Below, in pieces: positions 1-17,874 of a DNA stretch of 64,000 bases. Position 1 is the first letter of the stretch. Every line of letters starts with the position of its first letter. The notes beneath the pieces were generated by a model, which ran no database searches, was not told where the DNA came from, and saw only the letters and a program-made list of their open reading frames with translations. The position numbers and the translations under genes were made by a program. This DNA comes from the human T2T-CHM13v2.0 reference genome, Homo sapiens: the NCBI GenBank assembly GCA_009914755.4, contig CP068257.2, positions 27,040,001 through 27,104,000 of the forward strand. Reading direction: 5' to 3'.

Positions 1-66
1 ACCCACATCTTTAGTGGAACTAAGGAGAGAGTCCTACAACAATATAATTCTGGAAAAAATGACTTT

Positions 67-79
67 TAAAATTCTTTAA
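67..79. repeat. Upstream target-site duplication (TSD) of the full-length L1, 'taaaattctttaa'.
   Basis: The same 13-mer recurs at 6252-6264, immediately after the L1 A-rich tail. Confidence 0.8.
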
Positions 80-87
80 GATGGAGC

Positions 88-98
88 CAAGATGGCCG
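88..98 (+). promoter_or_regulatory. YY1-binding core (CAAGATGGCCG) at the start of the L1 5'UTR internal promoter.
   Basis: 'gccaagatggccgaatagg' is conserved relative to the L1 5'UTR consensus. Established knowledge: the YY1 site positions L1 transcription initiation. The surrounding 5'UTR (81-1104) retains many CpG dinucleotides. Confidence 0.5.
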
Positions 99-1104
99 AA
101 TAGGAACAGCTCCAGTCTACAGCTCCCAGCGTGAGCGACGCAAAAGATGGGTGATTTCTGCATTTCCAACTGAAGTACCGGGTTCATCTCACTGGGGAGT
201 GTCAGAAAGTGGGTGCAGGACAGTGGGTGCAGCACACCAAGTGTGAGCTGAAGCAGGGCAAGGCATCGCCTCACCCGGTAAGCGCAAGGGGTCAGGGAAT
301 TCCCTTTCCTAGTCAAAGAAAGGGGTGACAGACAGCACCTGGAAAATCGGGTCACCTCCACCCTAATACTGTGCTTTTCCAACAGTCTTAGCAAACGGCA
401 CAACAGAAGATTATATCCCACGCCTGGCTCGGAGGGTCCTACACCCACGGAGCCTTGCTCCTTGTTAGCACAGCACTCTGAGATCAAACTGCAAGGTGGC
501 AGCGAGGCTGGGGGACGGGTGTCCACCATTGCCGAGGCTTGAGTAGGTAAACAAAGCGGCTGGGAAGCTCGAACTGGGTGGAGCCCACCACAGCTCAAGG
601 AGGCCTGCCTGGCTCTGTAGACTCCACCTCTGGGGGCAGGGCATAGCCAAACAAAAGGCAGCAGTATCCTCTGCAGACTTAAATGTCCCTGTCTGACAGC
701 TTTGAAGAGACTAGTGGTTCTCCCAGCACGCAGCTGGAGATCTGAGAACGGACAGACTGCCTCCTCAAGTGGGTCCCTGACCCCCGAGTAGCCTAACTGG
801 GAGGCACCCCCCAGTAGGGGCAGACTGACACCTCACACGGCTGGGTATTCCTCTGAGACAAAACTTCCAGAGGAACAATCAGGCAGCAACATTTGCTGTT
901 CACCAATATTCGCTGTTCTGCAGCCTCCGCTGCTGATACCCAGGCAAACAGCGTCTGGAGTGGACCTCCAGCAAACTCCAAAAGATATGCAGCTGAGGGT
1001 CCTGAGTGTTAGAAGGAAAACTAACAAACAGAAAGGACATCCACACCAAAACCCCATCTGTACGTCACCATCATCAAAGACCAAAGGTAGATAAAACCAC
1101 AAAG

Positions 1105-2118
1105 ATGGGGAAAAAACAGCAGAAAAACTGGAAACTCTAAAAATCAGAGCGCCTCTCCTCCTCCAAAGGAATGCAGCTCCTCACCAGCAATGGAACAAAG
1201 CTGGATGGAGAATGACTTTAACAAGTTGAGAGAAGAAGGCTTCAGACGATCAAACTACTCTGAGCTAAAGGGGGAAGTTTGAACCCATGGCAAAGAAGTT
1301 AAAAACCTGGAAAAAAATTAGACAAATGGCTAACTAGAATAACCAATGCAGAGAAGTCCTTAAAGGACCTGATGGAGCTGAAAACCAAGGCATGAGAACT
1401 ACATGATGAATGCATAAGCCTCAGTAGCTGATTTGATCAACTGGAAGAAAGGGTCTCAGTGATGGAATATCATATGAACGAAATGAAACGAGAAGAGAAG
1501 TTTAGAGAAAAAAGAATAAAAACAAACGAACAAAGCCTCCAAGAAATATGGGACTATGTGAAAAGACCAAATCTACGTCTGATTGGTGTACCTGAAACTG
1601 ACGGGGAGAATGGAACCAAGCTGGAAAACACTCTGCAGGATATTACCCAGGAGAACTTCCCCAATCTAGCAAGGCGGGCCAACATTCAAATTCAGGAAAT
1701 ACAGAGAACACCACAAAGATACTCCTCAAGAAGAGCTACTCCAAGACACATAATTGTCAGATTCACCAAAGTTGAAATGAAGGAACAAATGTTAAGGGCA
1801 GCCAGAGAGAAAGGTCGGGTAACCCACAAAGGGAAGCCCATCAGACTAACAGCAGATCTCTCAGCAGAAACTCTACAAGCCAGAAGAGAGTGGGGGCCAA
1901 TGTCCAACATTCTTAAAGAAAAGAATTTTCAACCCAGAATTTCATATCCAGCCAAACTAAGCTTCATAAGTGAAGGAGAAATAAAATCCTTTACAGACAA
2001 GCAAATGCTGAGAGATTTTGTTACCACCAGGCCTGCCCTAAAAGAGTTCCTGAAGGAAGCACTAAACATGGAAAGGAATAACCGGTACCAGTCACTGCAA
2101 AAACATGCCAAATTGTAA
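1105..2118 (+). pseudogene. L1 ORF1 (ORF1p, RNA-binding chaperone) remnant, disrupted.
   Basis: The canonical ORF1 ATG is at 1105, but the frame hits TAA after 11 codons; the element reads 'cagcagaaaaactgg' where L1HS has 'cagaacagaaaaactgg', so a frameshift is inferred. The 219-aa ORF at 1459-2118 matches the ORF1p C-terminal half ('...RVTHKGKPIRLTADLSAETLQARREWGPM...ISEGEIKSFTDKQMLRDFVTTRPALKEFLKEALNMERNNRYQSLQKHAKL*'). Confidence 0.85.
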
Positions 2119-2181
2119 AGACCATCAAGGCTAGGAAGAAAACGCATCAACTAATGAGCAAAATAACCAGCTAACATCATA

Positions 2182-6012
<3,831 letters not shown>

Positions 6013-6251
6013 ACAATGAGAACACATGGACACAGGAAGGGGAACATCACACACTGGGGCCTGTGTAGGGGGAGCGGGGAGGGATAGCATTAGGAGATAT
6101 ACCTAATGTTAAATGACAAGTTAATGGGTGCAGCACACCAACATGGCACATGTATACATATGTAACAAACCTGCACGTTGTGCACGTTGTGCACATGTAC
6201 CCTAAAACTTAAAGTATAATAAAAAAATTAAATTAAAAAATAAAAATAAAA

Positions 6252-6264
6252 TAAAATTCTTTAA
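6252..6264. repeat. Downstream TSD of the full-length L1, 'taaaattctttaa'.
   Basis: Identical to 67-79. It brackets 81-6251, consistent with a single target-primed reverse-transcription insertion. Confidence 0.8.
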
Positions 6265-6310
6265 AATATTTCTATATTATATTTATGATTATATTTATAT
6301 TATATTTTAA
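6265..6310. repeat. AT-rich simple/low-complexity repeat (TATATT-like).
   Basis: 'atatttctatattatatttatgattatatttatattatatttt' directly follows the L1 TSD. Confidence 0.6.
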
Positions 6311-8013
6311 AGGGGATTTATTTCAGAAACACACAAACACAAGAGAACACTTCATAAGCCACTTTACACAATAAAATAGGTAATAGTAACATACACATTT
6401 TGGCAAGCATAAACACTGAGGTATACTAATAACAGTCACACAGGTATAACAATTATGAGCAGATGAACAATATTCATAAAGAAATAGGTCAAAAAGCAAA
6501 ATGTATGAACGCTTATCACTATGGCTGGTAACTGTGTGCACCCAGCTTTATAACTGCAGTCATCTGAAACACTGTGATGAACAACCCAAGTCTTTTGATA
6601 AGATTAATCCAAAACCATGATGGGTCACTGCCGCGTCATCACTGTAAGTAGCCCAAAGAGCCAGTATCTCGAGAAATTTTATCTTTCACAAATGCAAATG
6701 TACAAAAAGGATATCTCTTATATAACATTTTTACATACACGCACAATGTTTACACACCTAGTCAACATTGTGATGATGCACGTTCATGGAATCACATTTG
6801 TAAAAAATTACATAAAACAAATTAGAACTCTCTGAAAGTCTTAATACAATTTACATCTCCAGTGTTAGCGATTATGAAAAGGTGAAATATATAGCACAGC
6901 ATATTGTAAAAAATAATGCCAACAATTTTAAATAGTGAAAAACACTAAAAATAAAAGAAAATTTAACATGAAAAAACACATTGCAAAGAAAGACTGTGAG
7001 CAATTGCACACAGACAGCCCCTAAAAGCTAACTTTCATAATCACTAACTATATTCTGAAGTCTGGCATCATGAGAAGCTTCTTTTTATCTTTTGGGATAT
7101 GTATCTCCTTGGAGAATATGTTGACATTTATTTTCTATGTGGCACTGCTCTTTTTAAAATTACTGTATAATTCAATAGACACCAACATAAGCATTCCCAT
7201 CTTAAACTATTAAACTCTCCCATCTTCTGTGCTATGCTTATATGTTGTTTTGGATACTCAGAAATCCATTCCACATGCACCTATATGCAGACCACAAATT
7301 TGGCAGAAACAATACTGGTGATTCAACAGCAACACCATTGTGTGTTTCCTTATCCTACCGTGCACATAATTATTCTCAAACACTAAGTAACTTCTCTGGC
7401 TTCTTCAGCCAAATGCAGCTTTAATTCTTTAAAATCTGGAATGTTGTCAGCTAGGAAGGAATGTCAATGCAGGCAAATGACACATTTTTTAAACTGAAGT
7501 TTTCACTGGACCAATTCATCCATCTGAATTTCCCTCCAAATGCACTAGGCTAAACGGAAAAACAAACTTCATTAGTAATACCTTGAAATTCACTTTTATA
7601 ATCCTTTATGACACCTAATTTCGAGTCTGTCATTACGGTTTGGGAATTCAATTGAAATCCATTTCCTTCTGCATAAAGACTACAAGGTAATAGTTCAACC
7701 TGACATGATGCAACCATCCTGTGACTGTGACTTTCATCATTTTAGACATAAGGGATATTATACTGCAGGGATTTTCATCATTTGGGATTTCATCATTTGA
7801 GATTACGGCATTCAGGATTGTGTCTTTCAGAATTATGATCCAAACCTGACATCAACACGTGAATGGGGGATGCACAATCCCACCCATAGTACTTGGGAAC
7901 TCCAGTGGACCATGGGCTCACTTGAGCTCCAAGCTCCTGGGTCGAACATCCAACTGCCCTTCCTCACCTTGATGACCAAGTACCTGTGAGATCAGCTCTA
8001 TTCTACAAGGAAT

Positions 8014-8293
8014 GGTTATGCACACTTAGATTTCTAGTGGCCACCAAAAAGATTTAAATGGTGTAAAAAGTAAACAAAGTCAGACACTAGTTAAAGAGGT
8101 AAAGACAGATTTTCATCAGTAATGTACTATTGCAATAGGGAAATGAGTTCTGCATGAACCGAAGTCAACTTCAATTTGTGGAGAGGTGACTGGTGTTTTA
8201 AAGGGAGAATGAGAGAGTTGGGAGGGGGCAGGTATTAGAGTCAGGGAAGTAAAAAAAACCTACAAAAAACAGAAATAGGGAATCGGTTCATGT
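8014..8293 (+). repeat. Copy A of a ~277-bp local direct repeat (unassigned family).
   Basis: 'ggttatgcacacttagatttctagtggccaccaaaaagatttaaatggtg...cagattttcatcagtaatgtactattgcaatagggaaatgag...gggagaatgagagagttgggagggggcaggtattagagtcagggaagtaaaaaaaacc...ggttcatgt'. About 85-90% identical, by eye, to 8740-9013. Confidence 0.7.
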
Positions 8294-8739
8294 GAAGTAT
8301 CTCAGGATGCAAGACTTCAGAATATAGTTAGTGATCATAAAAGTCAGCTCTTAGGGGCTACCTCTATGCAATTGCCTTGCCATATGTTTTCCATATGTTA
8401 GATTTTCCTTTTTTAAGTCTTTTTCACTATTTTAAATTGTTGGCATTATTTTGTACAATACACTATGATATGTATTTCATCTTTTCAACTGATCATGAGC
8501 CTTTATGTCCCAAAAGCCAGTATACCAGAAAGGACAGGAAGTTGAAGTTGAAGAACAGCAAGACTTTCATCAGAAAGTCACAAAGAGCCACAGTGATGAC
8601 TCCCTCTTTTTTAAACTTTAGCTAAAGGCTGTGGTAAAGTGGAAAAGGAAAAATATATTAAGAAAGCAGAAGATTTAAGACCCCACTGACTCTCAAACCA
8701 AAACAAAGCCCATCGTTGCAAACTTACAGAAGCCAGTTT

Positions 8740-9013
8740 GGTTATGCACACTTAGATTTCTAGTGGTCACCAAAAAGGTTGAAATGGTGTCAAGAATAAA
8801 CAAAGCCGGATGCTAAAGAGGTAAGGACAGATTTTCATCAGTAATGTACTATTGCAATAAGGAAACATGTTCTGTATAAACTGAACTCAGCTTCAATTTG
8901 GAGGGAGGTGACTGTTGTTTTAAAGGGAGAATGAGAGAGTAGGGAGGGGGCAGGTATTAGAGTCAGGGAAGTAAAAAATTACAAAAAAAACAGAAACAGG
9001 GAATTGGTTCATG
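8740..9013 (+). repeat. Copy B of the ~277-bp local direct repeat.
   Basis: It is the same ordered motifs as copy A, 726 bp downstream in the same orientation. The flanking sequence is not shared. Confidence 0.7.
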
Positions 9014-9364
9014 TAAAATCCACACAACTTTGCTAACTGGAGCTTATCAGAGTTAGGCTCCTTCCCTCCCACAGAGGCTGGGAGACAGGGTCCCTGTATT
9101 CAGGTGTTGGCTGAAACAAACAGTACATCCTTGTGACAGCCTTGAGTGTTCTCAGGCAAGCATTTTATATGTGGGTCTAGGGTCATTCTTAGGAACACTA
9201 CTTTGAGCTATTAGAAACTATATTAGTGAGTGTTCAAGTCTTTATATGCCAGGCTGAGGCCTAGTCAAGAAGAGGGCTCCAAAGAGCCTGGCTAGAGTTT
9301 GGTGAAGGAGAGAATCTGTTATAGTGAAAATTTACTACTCTCCCACACCTCACCATTAGGTTTT

Positions 9365-9699
<335 letters not shown>

Positions 9700-12600
9700 C
9701 ATTAGGTTTTAATAAAAACAAATCTCAGCATAAATTTCTTTATATAGACAGACATGTAGTAGCAACTATTCATTAGCAAGAAAGCATAAAAGAGTTTATA
9801 CTATTTGTTCTGTGTGCTGGATGAACGCTTTTTAGGTGGCCCAGGGATGAAACATTCAGTTGAAATAGACACTGTGAGATTTCCAAGGCAGGATTCTGTG
9901 CTTACACAGCACCATGCAGTCAGAAATTCTCCTAAGTCAACATCTGGATTGAAGGGAATCAAACCATGACTGTCATCCTTAAAAATATCAGGTCAGGCCT
10001 TCGTGCATTTTTATACTCTTTTTAAAAAGGATGGAGAGACTCTGAACTATTTTAGCCAATCCATATGTTCAAAATATGTTTAATTTCATCAGTGAGAGCC
10101 AAAGCCTATTTCTAACATCCATCAGGCTAATCAACAAACACTAGATTCAGCAATGGAAACCCAAATTTGGAATTGATATGCTAGTTCATAGAGTATCAGA
10201 GGTTGAACAAAAGGATATAATAAAGGGCATGTAGCAGCTGTTTCCACAGTGGGCCCCTCTCACATTATACCCCCTGCCACATCTGAACTGTGCTGCCCTG
10301 CTAGCATTCTATCTGGCCACATATAAAGTTAATGCCTTAGCTAAAGTTTGCTCATGCTGTATGTACTTTAAAGTAAATTACAGAGATTGTAATACATGTC
10401 TTATACAAAGCTGAACCATGGCAATGGCAAACATACTGCACCTGGGGCTAGGACCCCTGGATTCTGATTTTAGGGCACCCACCTTGGACACACCGTCTCT
10501 TTGGACCTCATTTTCCTCGTCTAGAAAATAAATGGATTGACTTAGGTCACATTTCTCAAATTTGTCCTACAGAAACTTAGGGTTTTGTGGAGGAGATTCA
10601 GGAATCCTACAAACCTGTGATATACATTTTTATATCATTTATTTGCAGTGTGTTTTTAAAGAAAAAAAGAGAAAGTATGATGTACATGTCAGCATAGCAT
10701 GCACACACCCAGCAAAATTCAACAGAGTAGACTTAGTGCTACCAGACCAACTTGTTTTTTTCAATCTTAGAATAAAGCTTCTCTAACCATATCTGTAAAT
10801 GATATATAAAGATACTATAAACATGTGATTGAGAAGGTAGATTGTAACTCAACCTTTTTTGTTGTTAAATTTAGGCCCATGCATGTCAACTCATGTAAAA
10901 GTACGTGACAAGGGACATGACTAAGATACAGGTAATGTACTTGGCTTAATGCCAGGAAAAGCTTAAGGATGGAGGCCTTCATCACAGCATAGTTGTCAGT
11001 TATGCAATAGAAAGGAAAGGCCCAACATTTTGTGCATTTATTGTAAGTTCTTGTTAAAATTTGACTCTTTAATTTTAAGGCTAGATGCATTGTAAGTCTT
11101 GGGGTCTTTTTACCTAACTGTTTCTTTTCCCCAGGTAAGAAAAATAAATCCTTCTAAAGCTGAAAATTGATATGAATCACTGGTTAAAAATAAAGCTTCC
11201 AAGAAGATTTGTTGATGGATATGGTGAATGGATGTGGCTCAAGTTAAACTGTCAAAATGCCTGATGATCACCAGCTGATTTTTCAACCAGGATTCCATTC
11301 ACAACTGCACGTCAAATGAAGGAAACCTCTCTCAAACTGCATAACACAACTTGAAGACAATAAAGAATGAGAGTACATTGCCCATTCATTGAGAGTACAT
11401 TCAATGGGTTCGAGTGAAATTCTTCAAAATAATTTTGCCTTCAAATATACTCCAGTGTAAATCTGAAACAAAACATAGTGAACATACAACATAAACTCAG
11501 ATTTTTCAACAGTAATTGAACAATTTATAGGAAACATATGCAAACAATACTTACATCTAACAACAAAAATGCATTAACTTTTATCTTCAGATGCTGCTCT
11601 GTGGCAGGTCTGGGAGAAGCTGTTAGAAAAAGTTTATTATATCCTGGACTCTTGATACCAGCATGTCAACTAGAGTGCATGCATGATGAAGCAGGGACTT
11701 TGCTTGGTTAACTGCTTATCTCCAGGATCTAGGATGACACATACTAGGTTCTCAATAAATGTTGTTGAATGAATAAATGAATGAGTAAGTTGATACAAAA
11801 ATATACTTAGCATTATTATCAGAGCTGAGAGAAGAATTCAGATATGTACACTACAGATGCGTAAAAATTTATTCTAAGAAATGTTTATGCTATGACTAAA
11901 GAAGCAGTAGATTTTCATGGCTGTCTCCATTTTGTTTACTTTTATATAATATGCCCATATAAACAAATACAATGAAAATATATCCCTAGTAAAATACAGA
12001 ACACACACACAACAGGAGAGGGAATCTTTAAATGCATAGACAGGAGATCTACAAGTGGTGATATGTGGGCCAAATCCAGCCATGCCCATTAATTGACGTA
12101 TTGTTCATATGCTGTCAGGCTACAATGGCAGAGTTAAATATCTGCAACAGAGACAATATGGCACACAAAGCTGAAAATATTTACTGTCTGGCCTTGTACA
12201 GGGAGAGTCTGCCCACCCCGGTGTAGATAAAGTATAACATACCATCAATTAAGAAAAAATGTAATGACAATTATACCAAAAAGTAGTTATAAAATGGCAG
12301 AAAAAAATCAAAGGAGTATCTTCTAAAAGCTATTGCCAAAGTGATTGAGGCATTCCTTGTACATTATGAACCTGAGCATCCACTATAAAGAATATCCCGT
12401 TAAAAGCCATGCTTAATAATTCCATGCAAATTGTAGATGTTAAGACATAATCATTTAATCACAAATGTCTTAGGGTTACAGTAACAAAAGCAGCCAGTTC
12501 AAGAATTTACTTTTTTATACCTACATTTTCACTATCCTTAGAGAAATATTTCAGCTAAGAAAAAAATAATTTTCTTTTTTGTCTTTTTTTTTCTTAAAAA

Positions 12601-13077
12601 GAAGGTTAAGTACCTTTGGTAAGTATCTTTCAAATATCACAAGAAGGCACCAGCATGTATATCTCAGTAATTTTTTAGCCTTCATATATTATTTGTGAAA
12701 TAAAATACAAACACATAAAACAACACAAAACAAGGTATAAGGCGATCACACCTTTGGCAGGCAGAATTCTAAAGACATCCTCCCAAGATTCTAGTCCCCT
12801 GGTTATTCAATCAAACACACTCACCTAAGTACTGCTGTGAAGAGACATTGAAGATGGAACTAAGGATACTTATTAACTGACCTTAAAATAGGGAGCTTAT
12901 CCTGTATTCTCATATGGGACCAATGTGATCACATGAGCCCTTCAAAGCAGCAGAGGAAAGCAGAAGAGTTGCAATAGAAGGAGAACTCTGAGAGATTCAA
13001 AACGAAAAAGGGACTCCGTTTACTGCTGCTGTTTGAAGATGAAGGGGGCAATGTAGGGGTGGCCTTAAGAAGCTGAG

Positions 13078-13433
13078 TATATTAGTTCATTTACACACGG
13101 CTAATAAAGACATACCCAAAACTGGGTAATTTATAAAGGAAAGAGGTTTAGTGGATTCACAGTTCCTCATGGCTGGGGAGGACTGACAATCATGGCAGAA
13201 GGCAAAGGAGAAGCAAAGGCACATCTTACACAGCGGCAGGCAAGAGAGTTTGTGTAGGGGAACTCCCATTTATAAAACCATCAGATCTAGAAAGACTTAT
13301 TCACTACCATGAGAACAGTATGAGGGAAACTGCCCCCATGATTCAATTATCTCCACCTGGCCCTGCTCTTGACACATGGGGATTATTACAATTCAAGGTG
13401 AGATTCAGGTAGGGGCACAGCCAAACCATATCA
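13078..13433 (-). mobile_element. Solo THE1-type (MaLR) LTR with a perfect 5-bp TSD, CTGAG.
   Basis: The plus strand is the reverse complement of the THE1 LTR consensus ('...ctaataaagacatacccaaaactgggtaatttataaagg...cccccatgattcaattatctccacc...ggggattattacaattcaaggtgagattcaggtaggggcacagccaaaccatatca'). 'ctgag' is at 13073-13077 and at 13434-13438. Confidence 0.8.
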
Positions 13434-13444
13434 CTGAGGGAGCT

Positions 13445-13750
13445 CCTAGATAATAGCCATCAATAAAACAGAATCCTCAGCCTTGCAGCCTCAAGAAACT
13501 GAATTGTGGCAATCATCTGAATGAACTTGGAAGTGAGCTCTTGCTCAGAGGCCCCAGATAAGAGCCCAGCTGACCAGCAATGTGATTCTAGCCTTATGAG
13601 ACTCATAGCAGAGAAGCAAGTCAAGCTCACCTGGACTTCTGACCTACAGAACCATGAGAAAATAAATTGTGGTTTTTTTAAGCCTCTAAGTTTATAGCAA
13701 TTTGTTACAGCAATAATAGAGAACGAATACAATGCCCTTGACATCCTCAC
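13445..13750 (+). mobile_element. MLT1-type (MaLR) LTR fragment, 3' portion.
   Basis: The motif 'cctcagccttgcagcctcaagaaactgaattgtgg...acttctgacctacagaaccatgagaaaataaattgtggtttttttaagcctctaagtttatagcaatttgttacagcaataatagagaac' matches the conserved MLT1 3' motif ('ctgacctccagaactgtgagataataaatgtgtgttgttttaagccactaagtttgtggtaatttgttacagcagc'). The family name is from memory. Confidence 0.4.
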
Positions 13751-15884
13751 CTGAACCAAGAAGTAGAGCTTTGCCAGCCACCTAGAAGCCCCCTCTATGT
13801 GCCCCAACTCAAATGCAGCCACCTCTTTCTCCACAAAGAAACCACTCTCTTGCCTTTACAGTATCTTCAAAGTAATTTCTTTCTTGCATTGTATAGTCTT
13901 ATCATCAAAATGATAAGCCCCAGATATTATGTATAATTTACCTCAATTTTTTAGAAATCAACACGTCTGTTACTTCCAATATACAGCATCTCCCTCCATC
14001 TCCTTCTTTTCCTTACAGTCCATCTGTGTAAAAACACAGCCATTTTAACCTGTAGAGCTTCTCTCGGTCAGGATTTTGTTGATTGATATTCACAGTGCAA
14101 TTCAGCAAGCTTCTCAGTCCTCTCTATTTTCTGCAAATTGGCAGCTAGATACAGAGTCTTGATCAATCTCAGATTGCATCCCTTTGTCAAGGTTATAGGT
14201 GTTGCTGTACTTCTCTCCCTTTAGGAGGCACAGAAGGTCTGATTTTCACTCTGGTCATGACATTAGCAGCTGAATACCTAGATCGTATTTCATGTGTGTT
14301 GCAAAATGGTGATAATTCTATCACTTCTTTCTCATTCATTCATTGGAATACTCTTGTTAAAGAGATGCTTCCCCTCATCTACTATTGATTACCCAGTGAG
14401 ACAGTTCATATGAGAGAGGGACTGAACGCTTGGGTTTTTCTCTTTCCTTTTAACCAGTTTTTGAAACAATGAATTGATTCAGCATCTTCCAAAGATAATC
14501 AATTAATTTTTAAATATCTTTATGAATTTAAGGATTTAAATATCTCTGATGGGGTTCACTCCACGTCAGTTAAAATCCTTATTAAAAGCCCAAATTGTTC
14601 CATTTTTGGCCAGTGAGTTGGCCTCTTCAAGTTGGTTTCTGAAGCCTTTTCTCATGACCCTGATGGTCTCTGGTGGGTTCCTTGAAATCTGGCATGACAA
14701 GGTGTTACAGGTTGATCTTATACATATACTGCCCCCGAGCCTGCAATCAGCCATTTCTCCAAAAAGTTCTGGTTGCCTCAGTGGGAAATAGTATTTCAAT
14801 GCCACAATCTAGGAGCTAGGATTAACGATATTTTAAAAATTGGAACAAACTCAAGTTGGCAAGAGATAGTGATGTTACGATTCAACAGCAGATAAAGTGT
14901 CAACAAAGATGTCAGAATATAAAGCTTGGACCCAGCATAGAATCAAATGTTTACTCTTTTGAAACAACCTGTGAATATCTAACAAGACAACACTGGAGAT
15001 AGCTGAACATTCTTTAAATGACTTTGTTAAACATTTCATTATTTCAGAAAATAATATGCATTTTCACCAACACAAACTAACCAAAAAACTGTTTATTGGC
15101 TCTCTCCAAATTTCAAAGTTTATCATACAGAAATGCAGGAAGCTACTAAATCTTACTCATTATTTGACTGGAACAAATGTTCTACTCTTCTTTCAACCTT
15201 CCCAAGTGGTTTAGTTAAAGAATACACCAGAATGGTAAAGTGCAGTTTAAAGGCCAAAATTATAGTCATTAATTAAAACCCACTTTATCTAAAAGATTGT
15301 ATCACCCATGTTATTCACAGTACTGTTGACCCATGAGATTCCTTGCAACCCTGGACATTCTATGATTCCATATGCATTATAAATTTATTTCAGCAAGAGA
15401 CTATTACTCTTACTAGTCTCAGCAAGAGACTAGTATCCATGAGATACTAATGGAAGCAAAAGAAAGAGATACAATCAGGGACAAGAAAAGCAACTGTCCT
15501 CAAGAAATGCAATTAATAGTGTACAGAAATGCAATCTAAAAATTAAAACAAAATATGAAGCTATATGCAATGATTAAAAATTCTATCCTAGGAATATATA
15601 TACTGTATATGCTTTACAATAAGGAAAGTAAAGTAAAAATAGAATATGGAACAATATTCATATTTTGATACCATTTTCTCTTTTAAATAAAAACACTATA
15701 AAACTAACCAAAGAATCTAAAAGGAAATAAACCAAAATGATTAATAGTATATTTTATTTATTTTTGATATTTTTATGTTGTAGTGATTGAATAGTTTTTA
15801 AATATTAGTATTTTCATTTCAATAAAATACATTTAAATGTAAAACATGATCTATGCAAAAACTTGTATATGAATGCTTCTAGCA

Positions 15885-16345
15885 GCATTATTCATGATAA
15901 CCAAAAAGTTCAAATCACCTTTCATCAGCTGATGAAAGGATGAACAAAGTGTGGTATATTCAAACAAGAGGCTATTATTCTACAATAAAATGGAAAAAAG
16001 TATACACTACAACATGATGAACTTTGAAAACATTATACTAAGTCAAAGAAGCCAGTCACAAAAGGCCACATTTTGTATGCTTCCATCTGCATGAAATGTT
16101 CAAAATAGGCGAATCCAAAGTGGCAGAAAATAGATTAGTGTTTTGCCAGCAGCTGGAGGAGGGGGAGGAATGGGGAGTGACTGCTAATTAGTACTGGGTT
16201 TCTTTGTGGGGTGATGAAAATATTCTGGAATTAGATAGTGGTGATGATTGCATAACTTCATGAAAATGCTAACAACCATTGAAATGTACACTTTAAAAGG
16301 GGGGACTTTGTGGTAATGAATTATGTCTCCAGTAAAAACTTTTAA
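15885..16345 (+). mobile_element. Old L1 (L1M/L1PB-type) 3'-end fragment.
   Basis: '...tattcatgataaccaaaaagttcaaatcacc...atgaacaaagtgtggtatattcaaacaagaggctattattctacaataaaatggaa...tacaacatgatgaactttgaaaacattatactaagtcaaagaagccagtcacaaaaggccacattttgtatgcttccatc...ggggagtgactgctaattagtactgggtttc...gatagtggtgatgattgcataac...gaaatgtacactttaaaagg' parallels the ancient L1 ORF2-end and 3'UTR consensus. Confidence 0.6.
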
Positions 16346-17874
16346 AATATATGTATAATGTAGATGGTAAAATAATTCATTCAAAAAACATTTACTTTTT
16401 ATAAAGCTCTATACAGATGAGAACAGGAGAGGAACTAGAGATCTTTACAAAGAAGGTGGCATTTGTGAGGGGTTTTAGGCATAGAAGCGTGCACCATTTG
16501 CCCAAGTTTTAGCAAGCATGACAAATTATTAAAGCTAATGTCATCATAGTAATAAGGACTTGGGTACTATGACTTATAACATTTTCAACCTAACAAGGAT
16601 TCACTTTTAAGCCCGATCAACTGGAGGTGAAAGTTTTCTGCCAAGCCCCCAAAAGAATGAGGAATTTTTCAGGTTGTACATGTATTTCTTAACCAAAATC
16701 TCTGATTCTGCTTCAACATTTTGATTGCTGCAGCAATAATGTTAAAATGACACCCGTTAAGCATGCCGCAGCCTGCCAAAATGAAGTACATTTTTATCTT
16801 TTGGGAATCACATCATTTTGTATTCATAGAACATGCAGGAAAGCATGCTTTCTTCTTTATCATATTAAAGACAGTGAGCCCTCATCATTTCAGCTGGTTT
16901 ACCTAACTAACTTGCCTTGAGGATAACAGTGACACATTGGCAATCTCATCTAGCTATCTAAGATGCACATATATCACCTCTTATACACTGCCAGAAAGAA
17001 GGAAGAAAGACTCTAATTTTGTCTTTCTTAATCAGTGTTTAGCTGAATTAAAATTCAACATGGATTTTTCACTTCTTTACCCACACAATCAAGAGAGAAT
17101 TTTTTTTCAAAGTATTTCCAGGAAAATGTACCCATTTAAAAATTTATTTACAAATGTATGAGTAGTAGATAGTACAAACAAAGCATTAAATGATTACCAA
17201 ATATATCTGCTTAACCATTACAATGTAATTACAGAGGCAGTTTCAAAAGTACATTGTCAAAGGAAGGGTACCTGTTTGTAATTATTGGCCTGGCCTACAG
17301 TTTCTTGGACAATTCCATTCCTCAAGCACACTGGGCATTCATACCAAGTACACTCTGAGGCTTACTTTCCGTTTTCTCTTGTTTCTTTTAATGGTTACGG
17401 TACATACTTGCCATAAATAGTAGACTACCCAACATGTAGAATTTGCTTTGACCTAATTTGCAGGAATGTCTTATAAGTCTGTGTGCAATATCTATATAAC
17501 TAACATACACATCATCTTTGAATGCTCTAAGTACTATGAGAAAAACAACAAAAGGAAGGTACAGAAAATCTTAGTATAGCACTAAGAGGTCATCAACATT
17601 ACAAGCTCTTAAAATTCTTTAAAGCCTCCCTCCATCATTTATGGTTGAAGTTCTAAGCCCTTAATGTGGTTCTCAAAACCAGCCATAATCTGGTCCCTGC
17701 CTCACTACACTATCCTCTTTCTTCAACTGTCCTTGACACACTCTACAATGTAGTTATACTTGCATTTCCCAAATGTTCAATTTCCCTCCTCTATTTTTTT
17801 TTGTATTTTCTTCTCTCTGCCTGGAACATTTATCTCTTCCTGGTTCTTGGAGTAATTACTTTTTCAAGATTCAG

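Noticed and set aside
13460-13834. 124-aa minus-strand ORF.
   Set aside because: It overlaps an MLT1-type LTR fragment and the adjacent THE1 LTR flank. It has no start context and is AT-rich repeat sequence.
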